From Bacteroidota bacterium (GTDB lineage: Bacteria > Bacteroidota > Bacteroidia > NORP154), in contig JBDRNO010000145.1 of assembly GCA_043811005.1 (NCBI GenBank), positions 6,008 through 70,007 of the forward strand: a stretch of DNA of 64,000 bases, in the 5' to 3' direction. A model generated the notes under the pieces. That model did no database searches and was not told the origin of the DNA. It was given only the letters and a program-made list of their open reading frames with translations. This document shows positions 1 to 10,800 of this stretch, piece by piece. Positions within the stretch are counted from its first letter, which is position 1, and each line of letters starts with the position of its first letter. The translations under genes were made by a program, and so were the position numbers.

Positions 1-1051
1 CATCCGGGATAACAATGATATATTGGCCGAGTATACCCCTTGCATAAAACATTTGGTGACCATTATAATCAATTAGCCACCATGAATAACCATACCTTTT
101 GTTTTTTGTCCCATCTTTTTCAATGATGTCGGCAGGTATAACAGATTGTTCAACATAGTATTCAGGAACAATTTGATTTCCATTCCATTTTCCTTTATTC
201 AAATATAGTTGTCCTATCCTTGCAAAATCCCGCACATTGGAATTGAAACAACAATACGCTTTTTCATCCCCGTTTTTATGGTCTAAGCTCCACCATGCAG
301 ATTTTTTTGCCTCTAATGGCTTCCAGAGCTTCTCAGATGCATATTCGCTCACGGTCATTCCCGTTGCCTCTTCCAATACGAAACCGAGAAGTTGAGTATT
401 CCCGCTCAAATATTTAAAGATCCTTCCGGGTTTTTCAACGACTTTATAATTAAATACTAATTTCTTCAAATCGGTACCATGATATGCTTGTGCCGGAAAA
501 GCAAATGGGTTTATGTAACTTTCGTCAAAGTTGATGCCCGAGCTCATTGTAAGTAAATGTTTAACAGTTATCCCGGCTTTTTCGCCTTCTTTATATTGTT
601 CGAGAAAATCACCAACCGGCTGATTAACGCTTTTAATTTTACCTTCATCAATAGCTATTCCTGTCAAAATGCTAATGATGGTCTTTGCCATAGAAAAGGA
701 ATTGGTGTAGGAATTTTCGCTATATCCTTCCCAATATTGTTCGTGCCTGATAGAATCATTTTTAATAATCAGGTAAGCAATTGTTTTATATTTTTCTAAT
801 GTTTTTAAATAGTTACCGGAGATTGTTTTAGTATTATAATCCTTCCCTAAATGCCATTTTTGGTGATTTCCTGCTTTTACCTCCCTGTTCTCGAAGATTA
901 TATATTCATCTATGCTTGCGGATACACGCCCTTTAAAATATGTGTTGGCAATACCCTTATAAAGGTATGTCCTACCGCTTATAATAATTGCAAGGTTGGC
1001 GATTACCAGAAAACCGGAAAAACCCAGTAATATTCGTTTTAGGGTTTTCAT
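1..1051 (-). CDS. Serine hydrolase, beta-lactamase class C-like family (3' end runs off the window)
   Basis: Not in ORF track; read manually from ATG at 1051: MKTLKRILLGFSGFLVIANLAIIISG..., with SFSMAKT (SxxK) near 681-701 and later HLLTMSSG. Confidence 0.85.
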   Translation of the reverse strand, partial: MKTLKRILLGFSGFLVIANLAIIISGRTYLYKGIANTYFKGRVSASIDEYIIFENREVKAGNHQKWHLGKDYNTKTISGNYLKTLEKYKTIAYLIIKNDSIRHEQYWEGYSENSYTNSFSMAKTIISILTGIAIDEGKIKSVNQPVGDFLEQYKEGEKAGITVKHLLTMSSGINFDESYINPFAFPAQAYHGTDLKKLVFNYKVVEKPGRIFKYLSGNTQLLGFVLEEATGMTVSEYASEKLWKPLEAKKSAWWSLDHKNGDEKAYCCFNSNVRDFARIGQLYLNKGKWNGNQIVPEYYVEQSVIPADIIEKDGTKNKRYGYSWWLIDYNGHQMFYARGILGQYIIVIPD

Positions 1052-1103
1052 AAATATTCGGTTATAAAGAAAAAAAATTGATTAATGTCATGCCCGAAGT
1101 AGA

Positions 1104-1186
1104 TCCGCCATGGCGGAAAATCACAGATTTCACTGATTACGCAACGCTAGTGAAAAAAGATATCTGTGTAATCGGTGAAATCTGTG
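1104..1186. repeat. TCCGCCATGGCGGA palindrome next to a CACAGATT-type nonamer inverted repeat
   Basis: tccgccatggcgga 1104-1117; cacagatttcactgattac (from 1122) pairs with gtaatcggtgaaatctgtg (to 1186). Confidence 0.75.
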
Positions 1187-1222
1187 GTTCCATTTACACC
1201 CGAACGATTTTTTATAGAATTA

Positions 1223-1924
1223 TTATACCAGTTCCATCTCAAAAACCTCAGCAATATGCTTTTTTAGCTTGTTTATAACATCTACAACATTGATATTTAT
1301 TTTCAATTCTTCTGCTAGTGAGGTAACTGATTTATCCAAAATTCCACAGGGGATAATGTTTTCAAAATAGCTCAGATCGGTATTTACATTTAAAGCAAAG
1401 CCATGCATTGTAACCCACCTGCTGCAGCGAACGCCCATTGCGCATATTTTTCTGGCTTTTGATGGTTTGCCTGGTTCAACCCAAACGCCAGTTGCTCCCG
1501 TAATCCTGCCTGCTGTTATATTATACTCCGCTAACATGCGAATTATTGTTTCTTCCAGATAACGCAAGTATTTACCTATGTCAGTAAAAAAATTATCCAG
1601 GTCGAGAACCGGATACACGACAATCTGACCGGGGCCATGGTAGGTAATATCTCCTCCCCTGTTAATTTTATAATATTCGATATTTTTGTTATTAAGTTGA
1701 ATATTGTCAATTAATAGGTTTTTTTCAAAGCCGCTTTTACCTAAGGTATAAACGTGTGGATGTTCGCAGAAAAGTAAATAGTTGGCGGTCGGCTGTTGGC
1801 GGTCGGCAGACAAATTCCTGTTATTAATTTTAACAGAAACAATTTCATTAAAAAGCTTTTCCTGGTAATCCCATGCTTCTTTGAACTCAATAAATCCTAA
1901 GTCTATGAAAGATACTTTTTGCAA
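1223..1924 (-). CDS. lipB: Lipoyl(octanoyl) transferase
   Basis: EHPHVYTLG, NRGGDITYHGPGQ, KICAMG, HGFALN and PCG motifs. Confidence 0.96.
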   Translation of the reverse strand: MQKVSFIDLGFIEFKEAWDYQEKLFNEIVSVKINNRNLSADRQQPTANYLLFCEHPHVYTLGKSGFEKNLLIDNIQLNNKNIEYYKINRGGDITYHGPGQIVVYPVLDLDNFFTDIGKYLRYLEETIIRMLAEYNITAGRITGATGVWVEPGKPSKARKICAMGVRCSRWVTMHGFALNVNTDLSYFENIIPCGILDKSVTSLAEELKININVVDVINKLKKHIAEVFEMELV

Positions 1925-1973
1925 TTTATGGATTATTGTTTCTTATCTAAAGATTTCCTAAATCTTAAAAAAT

Positions 1974-2960
1974 TTAGGAAATCTTAGCCAGCTCAGATTT
2001 TAAATAATTTATAACCTCAATCTCCATGACATCCACCTTATTCAATTCTGAAAGGAAGAATGAAGCCCAGTCGCCCAAATGGATGAGATAAATGGCTTTT
2101 TCTATGTGAGAGTTACCCCTGGAGTAGATTTCAATTATTGTTGAAGTGTATTTGGCAAAGATATCTTTACAGATCTCAATTCTTTTTTGGGTGCGGCTGA
2201 AATCAGTATCATTCCTGAAAATTACGATTGCCAGTTCTTCGTTTTTTTTTCTCCACCCAACCAGTTCATTATGGTTCATTTCAGGGAGCACATTAGTCCA
2301 GCACAGCATCTTTGCGTTCTCATTCAACTGCTGGCGAAAGCGGACTGCTACCCCTGCATTTGATGCGGTGCTATAAATAATTGGTATTTTATTAAATAAT
2401 CGCTGGGCAATTGATTTTGCCTGTTTAATAATATTTTCTTCCTCCTCATATAATAATTTTATTGATGCTTCAATATCGGTTTTAAAGCTATTTCCGATTA
2501 TTCCAAAATGATGTAATATATATAAAAGCTGTGTCATTGAATAGCCGAGGCAAGCCCTGGGCGGCATACCCCCGGGGATGACAATATAGTTTAAATTGTT
2601 TTTTTTGGCAGTATCCAACACTTCACCGCCAGAGGTAATGCAAACAATTTCTGCGTTCTTGTTGCCTGCGAGATTCATAGCGCTAATCGTTTCCTCTGTA
2701 TTTCCCGAATAGGAAGAAATTATCATCAAAGTGTGTTGATCCACATATTGGGGAATAAAGTAGTCTTTATTGACATTTATGGGAACGCTTGCTTCGTTCT
2801 CCACGATTTCTGAAACAATGCTCCCTCCAATTCCGGACCCCCCCAATCCGGATATCAATACATTGGTAATTTCGTTTACCGGACGTGAAAGCTGAGCGTT
2901 TTTTCCAATGTCTATTGCTTCTTCAAGCTGTTTGGAAAAGTTTGATATTAATGTTTTCAT
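1974..2960 (-). CDS. Bifunctional phosphoglucose/phosphomannose isomerase (SIS fold)
   Basis: GLGGSGIGG, SSYSGNTEET, QLNENAK and PEMNHNE motifs. Confidence 0.92.
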   Translation of the reverse strand: MKTLISNFSKQLEEAIDIGKNAQLSRPVNEITNVLISGLGGSGIGGSIVSEIVENEASVPINVNKDYFIPQYVDQHTLMIISSYSGNTEETISAMNLAGNKNAEIVCITSGGEVLDTAKKNNLNYIVIPGGMPPRACLGYSMTQLLYILHHFGIIGNSFKTDIEASIKLLYEEEENIIKQAKSIAQRLFNKIPIIYSTASNAGVAVRFRQQLNENAKMLCWTNVLPEMNHNELVGWRKKNEELAIVIFRNDTDFSRTQKRIEICKDIFAKYTSTIIEIYSRGNSHIEKAIYLIHLGDWASFFLSELNKVDVMEIEVINYLKSELAKIS

Positions 2961-2991
2961 TTTAATAAATATTTAGAACGTTTTATAATCA

Positions 2992-2999
2992 CAAAGATA
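2992..2999 (-). promoter_or_regulatory. Bacteroidota sigma-70 -7 element for the PGI/PMI-lipB unit
   Basis: TATCTTTG on the minus strand matches TAnnTTTG, about 30 nt before the ATG. Confidence 0.55.
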
Positions 3000-3023
3000 T
3001 ATAAATTTTGTGATTTTGCGTTT

Positions 3024-3096
3024 TTGTCAGGTGAAAACACCTGACAACACGCGAGGAAACATATGATAACACACGAGGAAACACCTGATAACACAC
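3024..3096. repeat. Palindrome overlapping three tandem 22-bp units
   Basis: ttgtcaggtg-aaaa-cacctgacaa (3024-3047); units gtgaaaacacctgacaacacgc / gaggaaacatatgataacacac / gaggaaacacctgataacacac. Confidence 0.8.
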
Positions 3097-3165
3097 GTGA
3101 TGGTGCGTGTTTCCACCCGACATTTTATTATTGTTTGAATAATAACATATTCCCATTTTTACCTT

Positions 3166-3173
3166 TATCTTTG
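3166..3173 (+). promoter_or_regulatory. Bacteroidota -7 promoter element upstream of lysS
   Basis: TATCTTTG matches TAnnTTTG. Confidence 0.55.
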
Positions 3174-3242
3174 CAACAAATCAAGGACATAACTTCCTAA
3201 ATTAATTTTATATAACACATTGAAATTCCAATATAAATAAAC

Positions 3243-4748
3243 ATGGCTGCCAAGTTAAGCGAACAAGAAATAATAAGGCGTAATTCATTAGATGAGCTGA
3301 GGAAATTGGGTATTGATCCCTATCCTGCAGAGTTATTTGAAATAAACGCCTCTGCAAAAGACATACTTAAAAATTACGAAAGAGATAAAATTCACTACAA
3401 AACGGTTAGCATTGCTGGGCGGATCATGAGCCGCAGAATAATGGGTAATGCTTCGTTTGCAGAGCTTCAGGATGCTACTGGGAAAATTCAATTGTACATA
3501 CGAAAAGAAGAAATTTGCCAAAACGAGAGCTGGTCTTTGTACGAAACAGTATTTAAGAAACTTCTCGATATTGGCGACATAATTGGTGTAACTGGATATG
3601 TTTTTACCACAAAAGTCGGGGAAATATCCATTCACGTATCAACATTAAAATTATTGTGTAAAACCCTGAGACCCCTGCCTGTTGTAAAGGAGAAAGAGGG
3701 TGAGGTTTATGATACTTTTACCGATCCGGAGCAGCGTTACCGCCAGAGGTCAGTTGATTTAATTGTAAATCCTAAGGTAAAGGAAGTTTTCATAAAAAGG
3801 ACACAATTGATAAATTCCATGCGTTCCTTTTTGAACAACAAAGGATATTTAGAAGTTGAAACACCTGTGTTACAGCCCGTTTATGGCGGTGCTGCTGCAC
3901 GTCCTTTTAAAACCCGCCATAATGTATTGGATATGACTCTTTATTTGCGCATTGCCGATGAATTGTACCTGAAAAGGTTAATTGTTGGCGGCTTTGATGG
4001 CGTTTATGAGTTTGCCAAAGATTTCAGGAATGTGGGAATGGACCGCTTCCACAATCCGGAATTTACCCAAATGGAACTCTATGTTGCCTATAAAGACTAT
4101 AACTGGATGATGGATTTGGTTGAAGAAATGATAGAGAAAATAACTCTTGATTTACATGGTAAAACAGAAATAGAAGTGGGTGATAAAGTGATCAATTTCC
4201 AGAAACCCTGGAAGAGATATTCGATGTATGAAGCCATTAACGAATTTACCGGGATTGATATTTCTAAGATGAGCGAAAAGGAACTGATTAAAACGGCAGA
4301 AGAACTCCAGGTTGATGTTGACGATAGAATGGGTAAAGGGAAATTGATAGATGAAATATTCAGCAAAACCTGCGAACCCAAGCTCATTCAGCCAACATTC
4401 ATTACTGATTATCCTGTGGAGATGTCTCCATTGGCAAAAAAACACAGGAACAGGGAAGGTTTAGCGGAAAGGTTTGAGATGATATGTAATGGAAAAGAGT
4501 TATGTAATGCCTTCTCAGAACTTAATGACCCTGTTGATCAGAGGGCAAGGTTAGAGGAACAATTGGAATTGGGCAAGAGGGGAGATGAAGAAGCCATGGT
4601 TTTAGATGAGGGCTTTTTACAGTCGATAGAATACGGAATGCCTCCCACAGCAGGGTTGGGCGTGGGTATTGATCGCCTTGTGATGATAATGACAAATTCC
4701 CAGTCAATTCAGGATGTTATTTTCTTTCCGCAGATGAGACCCAAGTGA
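3243..4748 (+). CDS. lysS: Lysine--tRNA ligase (class II)
   Basis: OB-fold N-terminus, GGAAARPF, HNPEFT, GMPPTAGLGVGIDRL. Confidence 0.98.
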   Translation: MAAKLSEQEIIRRNSLDELRKLGIDPYPAELFEINASAKDILKNYERDKIHYKTVSIAGRIMSRRIMGNASFAELQDATGKIQLYIRKEEICQNESWSLYETVFKKLLDIGDIIGVTGYVFTTKVGEISIHVSTLKLLCKTLRPLPVVKEKEGEVYDTFTDPEQRYRQRSVDLIVNPKVKEVFIKRTQLINSMRSFLNNKGYLEVETPVLQPVYGGAAARPFKTRHNVLDMTLYLRIADELYLKRLIVGGFDGVYEFAKDFRNVGMDRFHNPEFTQMELYVAYKDYNWMMDLVEEMIEKITLDLHGKTEIEVGDKVINFQKPWKRYSMYEAINEFTGIDISKMSEKELIKTAEELQVDVDDRMGKGKLIDEIFSKTCEPKLIQPTFITDYPVEMSPLAKKHRNREGLAERFEMICNGKELCNAFSELNDPVDQRARLEEQLELGKRGDEEAMVLDEGFLQSIEYGMPPTAGLGVGIDRLVMIMTNSQSIQDVIFFPQMRPK

Positions 4749-4755
4749 GCAATAT

Positions 4756-4784
4756 GCGTGGCACGGTTCAAAACCGTGTCACGC
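4756..4784. repeat. 29-bp REP-like palindrome (GCGTGxCACGGTT family), copy 1
   Basis: gcgtggcacggttcaaaaccgtgtcacgc; near-identical copies at 5119-5147 and 31530-31558. Confidence 0.85.
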
Positions 4785-4804
4785 GTCAACTAAATTTTTA
4801 CCGA

Positions 4805-5848
4805 ATGCCTTTAGAATTTATAAAAAACACAAACAAGCAACTCAAAATAGCAGTAATAGGTGGAGGCAGTTGGGCTACGGCTATAGTGAAAATATTGTCA
4901 AATAATCTCGACAATATTTATTGGTGGATGAGGAATAAAGACGCTGTTGAATACATAAAAGAATACCACCATAATCCAAATTATATTCGTTCAGTTAAAT
5001 TTGACCTTGAAAAACTTACGATAAGCACAGACCTTAAAGATATTATTTCAAAATCTGATATTCTCATTTTTGCCGTTCCATCCCCTTTTTTGAAAGAAGC
5101 GCTTGAGAGTGAATCTATGCGTGTCACGGTTCAAAACCGGGGCACGCTTCAAAATAAAATAATATTTTCTGCCATTAAGGGAATTGTTCCTGAAAATAAT
5201 GTTATTGTAGGTGAGTTTTTCCATAACCAATATAAGATTCCTTATGAAGATATTGGGGTAATTGCCGGACCATGCCATGCCGAAGAAGTTGCCATGGAAA
5301 AGCTGTCTTATTTAACCATTGCTTGCCAGGATGCCAATAAAGCTGAATTTCTGGCTTCCAACCTTGAATGCAGGTATATTAAGACCAAAGTATCAGATGA
5401 TATTTTCGGCACTGAATATGCAGCTGTTCTCAAAAACATTTTTGCCATTGCAAACGGTATTTTTCATGGTTTGGGCTATGGTGACAATTTCCAGGCGGTA
5501 TTAATATCCAATGCCATCCGCGAAATAAAACGTTTTGTTGATAAGGTGCATCCGATTGACAGAGATATTAAAAATTCTGCGTATTTAGGTGATCTGCTCG
5601 TTACGGCTTATTCACAATTCAGTAGGAACAGAACTTTTGGAAATATGATAGGCAAAGGGTATTCTGTTAAGTCAGCCCAGGTTGAAATGAAGATGATCGC
5701 TGAGGGTTATTATGCCGCGAAGTGTATTAAAGAAGTTAATAAAAAACATAGGGTTTACATGCCTATTACCGATGCTGTATATAATGTTTTATATGAATAC
5801 ATTTCCCCGGTTATTGAGATGAAGCTCTTAGCAGATAAGATAAATTGA
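4805..5848 (+). CDS. gpsA: NAD(P)H-dependent glycerol-3-phosphate dehydrogenase
   Basis: GGGSWAT, GPCHAEE, LKN, GDLLVT, SRNR; start moved from 4745 to ATG 4805 because the extension translates a palindrome. Confidence 0.93.
   Translation: MPLEFIKNTNKQLKIAVIGGGSWATAIVKILSNNLDNIYWWMRNKDAVEYIKEYHHNPNYIRSVKFDLEKLTISTDLKDIISKSDILIFAVPSPFLKEALESESMRVTVQNRGTLQNKIIFSAIKGIVPENNVIVGEFFHNQYKIPYEDIGVIAGPCHAEEVAMEKLSYLTIACQDANKAEFLASNLECRYIKTKVSDDIFGTEYAAVLKNIFAIANGIFHGLGYGDNFQAVLISNAIREIKRFVDKVHPIDRDIKNSAYLGDLLVTAYSQFSRNRTFGNMIGKGYSVKSAQVEMKMIAEGYYAAKCIKEVNKKHRVYMPITDAVYNVLYEYISPVIEMKLLADKIN
5119..5147. repeat. Same 29-bp palindrome in-frame inside gpsA
   Basis: gcgtgtcacggttcaaaaccggggcacgc encodes (M)RVTVQNRGT(L). 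Confidence 0.85.
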
Positions 5849-5940
5849 TAACAACCCACCCCCGCCCCCTCCCAACATCCCACTTCACCCCCTTCTCCGC
5901 CTTAGGCGAATAAACAAAAGTAAAACAAGAACAACGAATT

Positions 5941-7872
5941 TTATTTAAGGAGGTTAGTAAAATATTCAAATACTATCTTGGCTTTCGCTTTTCCAATAAC
6001 CTCCTCTAATTCAATTAAATCAGCTTTTTTAATTTTTTTAACCGATTGGAATTTTCTCAGAAGTGAATGTGAAGAGCTTTTACCGATCCCGTCAATTTCA
6101 AGCAGTTCCGACTTGATGGTTTCACGGAGTCGTTTGTTACGGTGGTGACTGATACCAAAACGGTGAGCTTCATTTCTTAAATGCTGGATGACCTTTAAGG
6201 TTTCAGATTTTTTATCTAAATACATCGGGGTGGGATCTCCGGGGAAATAGATCTCTTCCAATTTCTTGGCAATACCAATTATCCCGATTTTGCCACTGAT
6301 ATTTAATTTATCTAAACTCTTCATAGCAGAGTTTAATTGACCTTTGCCACCATCAACTATGATCAATTGAGGTAATGAGCTGTTTTCATCTAACAGCCGC
6401 CTGTATCTCCTGTAAACCACCTCTTCCATTGACGCAAAATCATTTGGTCCCCGGACGGTTTTTATATTGTAGTGCCTGTATTGTTTTTTTAATGGCTTGG
6501 CATTTTTAAATACGACCATTGCAGCCACGGGATATGCACCATGTATGTTGGAGTTATCAAAGCATTCAATATGAACGGGAGGTTTTACAAGCCGCAGGTC
6601 TTTCATCATTTGTTTGAGGATACGGTTTGTATGCTTTTTGAGCTGTACCTTTTCAGCCGATCTCTTTTTTTCCAACATAAAGTATTTTGCGTTTCTTTCG
6701 GAAAGTTCAAGCAATTTCTTCTTATCGCCTCTTTGCGGGACAGTAATAGAGACAACTCCTCCCCGGCTTTCCCCAATGGGAAGGGAGAGCCAACGCGCAG
6801 GGTTTCCCCCTCCCTTTGGGAGGTGGTCAGGGGGTGGGCTGGTAATTATCTCCATCGCATCACTGTTAAACCTCTGCCTGAGTTCAGTAATTGCAACAGA
6901 CAGCAATTCTTCAGAACTTTCATCGAGTTTCTTTTTAAGTTCAATAGTATGAGACTGTACGATAGCCCCATTTATAACTTTCATATAATTCACATAACCC
7001 GCCCTTTGATCAGTGGCAATAGAGAACACGTCCACATTGTTTATCCGTGGATTTACAACCGTTGACTTGCTTTGGTATTTCTTTAAAAGACCGATCTTTT
7101 CTTTTACCTGATGAGCTTTTTCGAATTCAAGCACCTTGGCATATTTTTTCATCAGCCCTTTTAAATGCTTAAAAACCCTTTTGATATTTCCTTTGATTAT
7201 TTCTTTGATCTCTGATATTGCCTGATCGTATTCTTCTTCTGTTTGAAGACCTTCACAGGGGCCCATGCAGATACCTATCTGGTAATCCAGGCATAAACTG
7301 AATTTCTTCCTTAGGACATTTTCTTTGGAGAGATTATAATTGCAGGTTCTGAGTTTATATAGTTGTTTAATGAGGTCTAAAATAGTATTCATCATTCTTA
7401 CAGACGCATACGGGCCAAAGTATAGCGAACCGTCATCAACTTTCCCGGGGCGTGAAGAGGGAGAAAAACGGTTGTAACGGGGCACATTGCGAGTGGTAAA
7501 GACCCGGGGGAACCTTTCGTTTTTGATGCAGATCCATGGATATGTTTTATCATCCTTCAACTGAATGTTGTATCTCGGTTGACACTTTTTTATAAGGGTG
7601 TTTTCCAATAACAGGGCTTCCATCTCCGTATCTACAATAATATACTTAATGTCCCTGGTTTTTTTTACAAGAAGAGCAGTTTTCCCAAACACCCTTGTTT
7701 TTTCCCCTTCGGCAGGAGCAAAATAAGAAGAGACCCTTTTTTTTAAGCTCTTTGCCTTACCGACATATAGTAGATGGTTGTTGCTGTCAAGGAATTGATA
7801 TATACCCGGCTTATCAGGCAGGGAACTGATTATGTTTTTAAGGTGTTGGGTATATTTGATATGCGAGGTCAT
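5941..7872 (-). CDS. uvrC: Excinuclease ABC subunit C
   Basis: GIY-YIG N-terminus (PGIYQF..YVGKAK), HIECFDNS, DGGKGQL, HhH C-terminus. Confidence 0.97.
   Translation of the reverse strand: MTSHIKYTQHLKNIISSLPDKPGIYQFLDSNNHLLYVGKAKSLKKRVSSYFAPAEGEKTRVFGKTALLVKKTRDIKYIIVDTEMEALLLENTLIKKCQPRYNIQLKDDKTYPWICIKNERFPRVFTTRNVPRYNRFSPSSRPGKVDDGSLYFGPYASVRMMNTILDLIKQLYKLRTCNYNLSKENVLRKKFSLCLDYQIGICMGPCEGLQTEEEYDQAISEIKEIIKGNIKRVFKHLKGLMKKYAKVLEFEKAHQVKEKIGLLKKYQSKSTVVNPRINNVDVFSIATDQRAGYVNYMKVINGAIVQSHTIELKKKLDESSEELLSVAITELRQRFNSDAMEIITSPPPDHLPKGGGNPARWLSLPIGESRGGVVSITVPQRGDKKKLLELSERNAKYFMLEKKRSAEKVQLKKHTNRILKQMMKDLRLVKPPVHIECFDNSNIHGAYPVAAMVVFKNAKPLKKQYRHYNIKTVRGPNDFASMEEVVYRRYRRLLDENSSLPQLIIVDGGKGQLNSAMKSLDKLNISGKIGIIGIAKKLEEIYFPGDPTPMYLDKKSETLKVIQHLRNEAHRFGISHHRNKRLRETIKSELLEIDGIGKSSSHSLLRKFQSVKKIKKADLIELEEVIGKAKAKIVFEYFTNLLK
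6755..6840. repeat. Inverted doublet of CCCCTCCC/GGGAGGGG REP-like hairpins in-frame inside uvrC
   Basis: ctcctccccggctttccccaatgggaagggag ... tccccctccctttgggaggtggtcagggggtggg; encodes SPPPDHLPKGGGNPARWLSLPIGESRGGV. Confidence 0.75.
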
Positions 7873-7877
7873 AATCC

Positions 7878-10800
7878 TTAGCGTACCAGGGTAACGTGCC
7901 CATTGTATTGATGGGTCTTTCCAAGGAGGTCTCTTGTTATGATCAGCCAGACGTATACTTCTGATTGTGCAAGCTCTCTGCCGTCATTTGCAGTGCCGTC
8001 CCATCCCAGGTAGGGGTCATCTGTGTAAAAGATCTCGTCTCCCCACCGGTTAAAGATGTACATTTTGTAATGGTTCTCATCTATTCCTTCGCCTATGGGC
8101 AAAAACACCTCGTTGAGCTCATCTTTGTTTGGCGTGAATACATTGGGAATGAAGAAAATATAATCGGGGTTTATTCTTACTATAAGTGAAACAACTTCTT
8201 CGCAACCATTTTTATCGGTAACCAGTAATTCAACAGTGTATGAACCCGTATCAGCATAGGTATGAACGGGGTTTTGAATATCAGAATAATACTCATCATC
8301 AAAATTCCATGACCAGCCGGCAAGACTATCACCCGTTGATACATCAGTAAAATAGATTGTGGGGTTCAAATTGGTTGTGAGTTGCGGAACTGCTGTAAAT
8401 TGGGGAACGGGATTAGGCAATACTGTAATCATATCAGGCATGGTGAGTATATCAGAACAACCAAATTGATTTTCTACGGTTAAGGAAACAGTGTAGGAAC
8501 CGGGATAATAGTATGTGTTGGATGGTGTGATATCAATTGATGTATTACCGTCACCAAAATCCCAGTACCATGAGATAGCATCTGAAGACGTATCAATAAA
8601 TTGGACAAGGGATTCAATACAAACTAAGGTATCACCGGAAGAAAATCCGGCTGTTGGGGATGGCAATGAAGTGATGGATATGGAAGCGGTGTCATAGCAG
8701 TAGTTATTGGAACCGGTTATAAGAGTGACAATATATGATCCTGTATCACCATAAGGGTGATTTGGGTTTTGTAATGTTGAATTGCCGCCATCACCAAAAT
8801 CCCACTGCCATGAAGTTGCGCCATAGGAACAGTCTAAGAACTGGGGGTTAAATGGATGGCAGCCGGGTTGTTCAATGGCTGATAAGCCCGCGACCGGGGA
8901 AGCATATACCATCACAGAATTCGGATGTGTTACAGTATCGGTATATACTCCGTTTGTAGCAGCTAATATTACGGAATACGCTCCTGATGTATTATAAGTA
9001 TGTACAACGGTATCACCACTTAATGTGTCAATTGTGCCATCCCCAAAATCCCAATACCAGGAGCCCGGGTTGCCAATGCTGGTATCAATAAATGTTACAG
9101 TGACGCTGTCACATGCCTGTATTACATTACTCATAAAGCCGGCAGCAACAAAGGGAGCAACCACTATGGTTAATGAGCCGTTGCAATATCCCGTGCATCC
9201 GTTTGAATCGGTAACAGATACCGAATAGCTATATGTCCCGGTAGCACCGTAATAATGCGTGGTAGTTGCGCCTGTATCAATACCGCTATCTCCGAAATCC
9301 CAGTTATATGTAAAAGGGGGTGTTCCAACTGTTGGTGTTGCACCGAAGAGGGTGTTTGCACCGAGATAAAATTTGGAAGAAATACAATTCACGATAGGTA
9401 GAGGGTTAACATTTATTGTAAGTGGTGCAGAAGCAGCTATTGCAACGCCATTTAATGGGCAGGGATAGGAACTTGTCATTATACAGGTTACAACATCGCC
9501 ATCGTTCAACGCTGAAGTGGTAAGTGAGCTAGAAGTGCCGGAAACAGAACTATTCACAAGCCACTGGTAGGTTGGGTTTGTGCCGCCATTAACTGGTACG
9601 GCACCAAATGTTACCTGGTCCCCGTCACAAATCCTGGTTGATGTTGCGGCAACATAAATCCCCGGCTCTAAAAAAGGAACTACATTTACTTCAAAAGTGT
9701 CAATTTTAGACCAACCGCAGCAGGGGGATTCGGTTTGCAGATGCACCTCATAAGTTCCCTCGTCAGTTGGGAAATTATGGATTATTGTTGGAGTTGTATA
9801 AGTAGTTATTGTATTGTCATAAACAGTCCATTCATAAGCCAAACCCGCATAGGAGCTGGAAAAGGAGCCGAAATCGCCCGGGCATATCACAGAGTCAGCG
9901 GACTGAACATAAGGAAGGTAAGGCGTGCCATCGCTAAATATTCCCACAAAGTCGGTAAAGATATATGGCACCCCGTTTACGACCAGGGTTATTGAATGAC
10001 GTCCCATTATAGTGTATTGAACAGTAGCTGAATTTCCGGTAGCGCTTAACGGTATAGTACCGCCATCAAAATACCAGAGGATTATACCTGTTGCATTGGT
10101 TGTATATTCAATGTCTGAGTATGTGCAGCCGGTGGATTTCACAAATATTTCCGGTTCTACCGGGCTACTCATATCTGATTGTGCAGCAGCAATGCCTCCC
10201 GGGTCTTCAAAGATCGGCAGACTGATACCTGGCGTACCATTTCCACCGTTTCCTCCTGTTCCGCCCGTTCCTCCTGTTCCGCCATCACCCGCAACACCGA
10301 GGTCGCAGTCGTAGCCGGGGGAGCTTGGCTGGTTACCTCCTATACCGCCAGTTCCTCCTGCACCACTGGCGCCTCCGGGCGAACCGCCCAGGCCGCCATA
10401 ACCGGGGATACCTGAATAAGTATAGCAATCCTTGATTTCGGTGTTGATGCTGTTAGCATATATATAGATACCAAAGGAACCGCCACCGCCTGTTCCTCCG
10501 GCTGCACCGGATCCGCCTTGTCCTCCTTCGCCACCACCGCCACCGCCTGCACCGGCACCGTTATAATTACCAAATAATGACCAGAGGCATCCCTGTGAGC
10601 CGCCACCGCCACCACCTCCTCCACCGGAACCATGCTCACCGATTTGGCCATCCTGACCAGTACCCTGTATGAAGAAATTGCTAAATAAAGGAACCCCGGG
10701 AAGCCCGTTCGCACCGATGGCGCCATCAGCTCCAGGAAGCCCGTCATCACCATTATTAGCCGAGCCGGCATCACAACCCATAGATAAACAAATGTTATCG

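Noticed and set aside
3031-3096. 22-bp repeats as mini-CRISPR or iterons
   Set aside because: Directly tandem with no spacers; no cas or rep gene nearby
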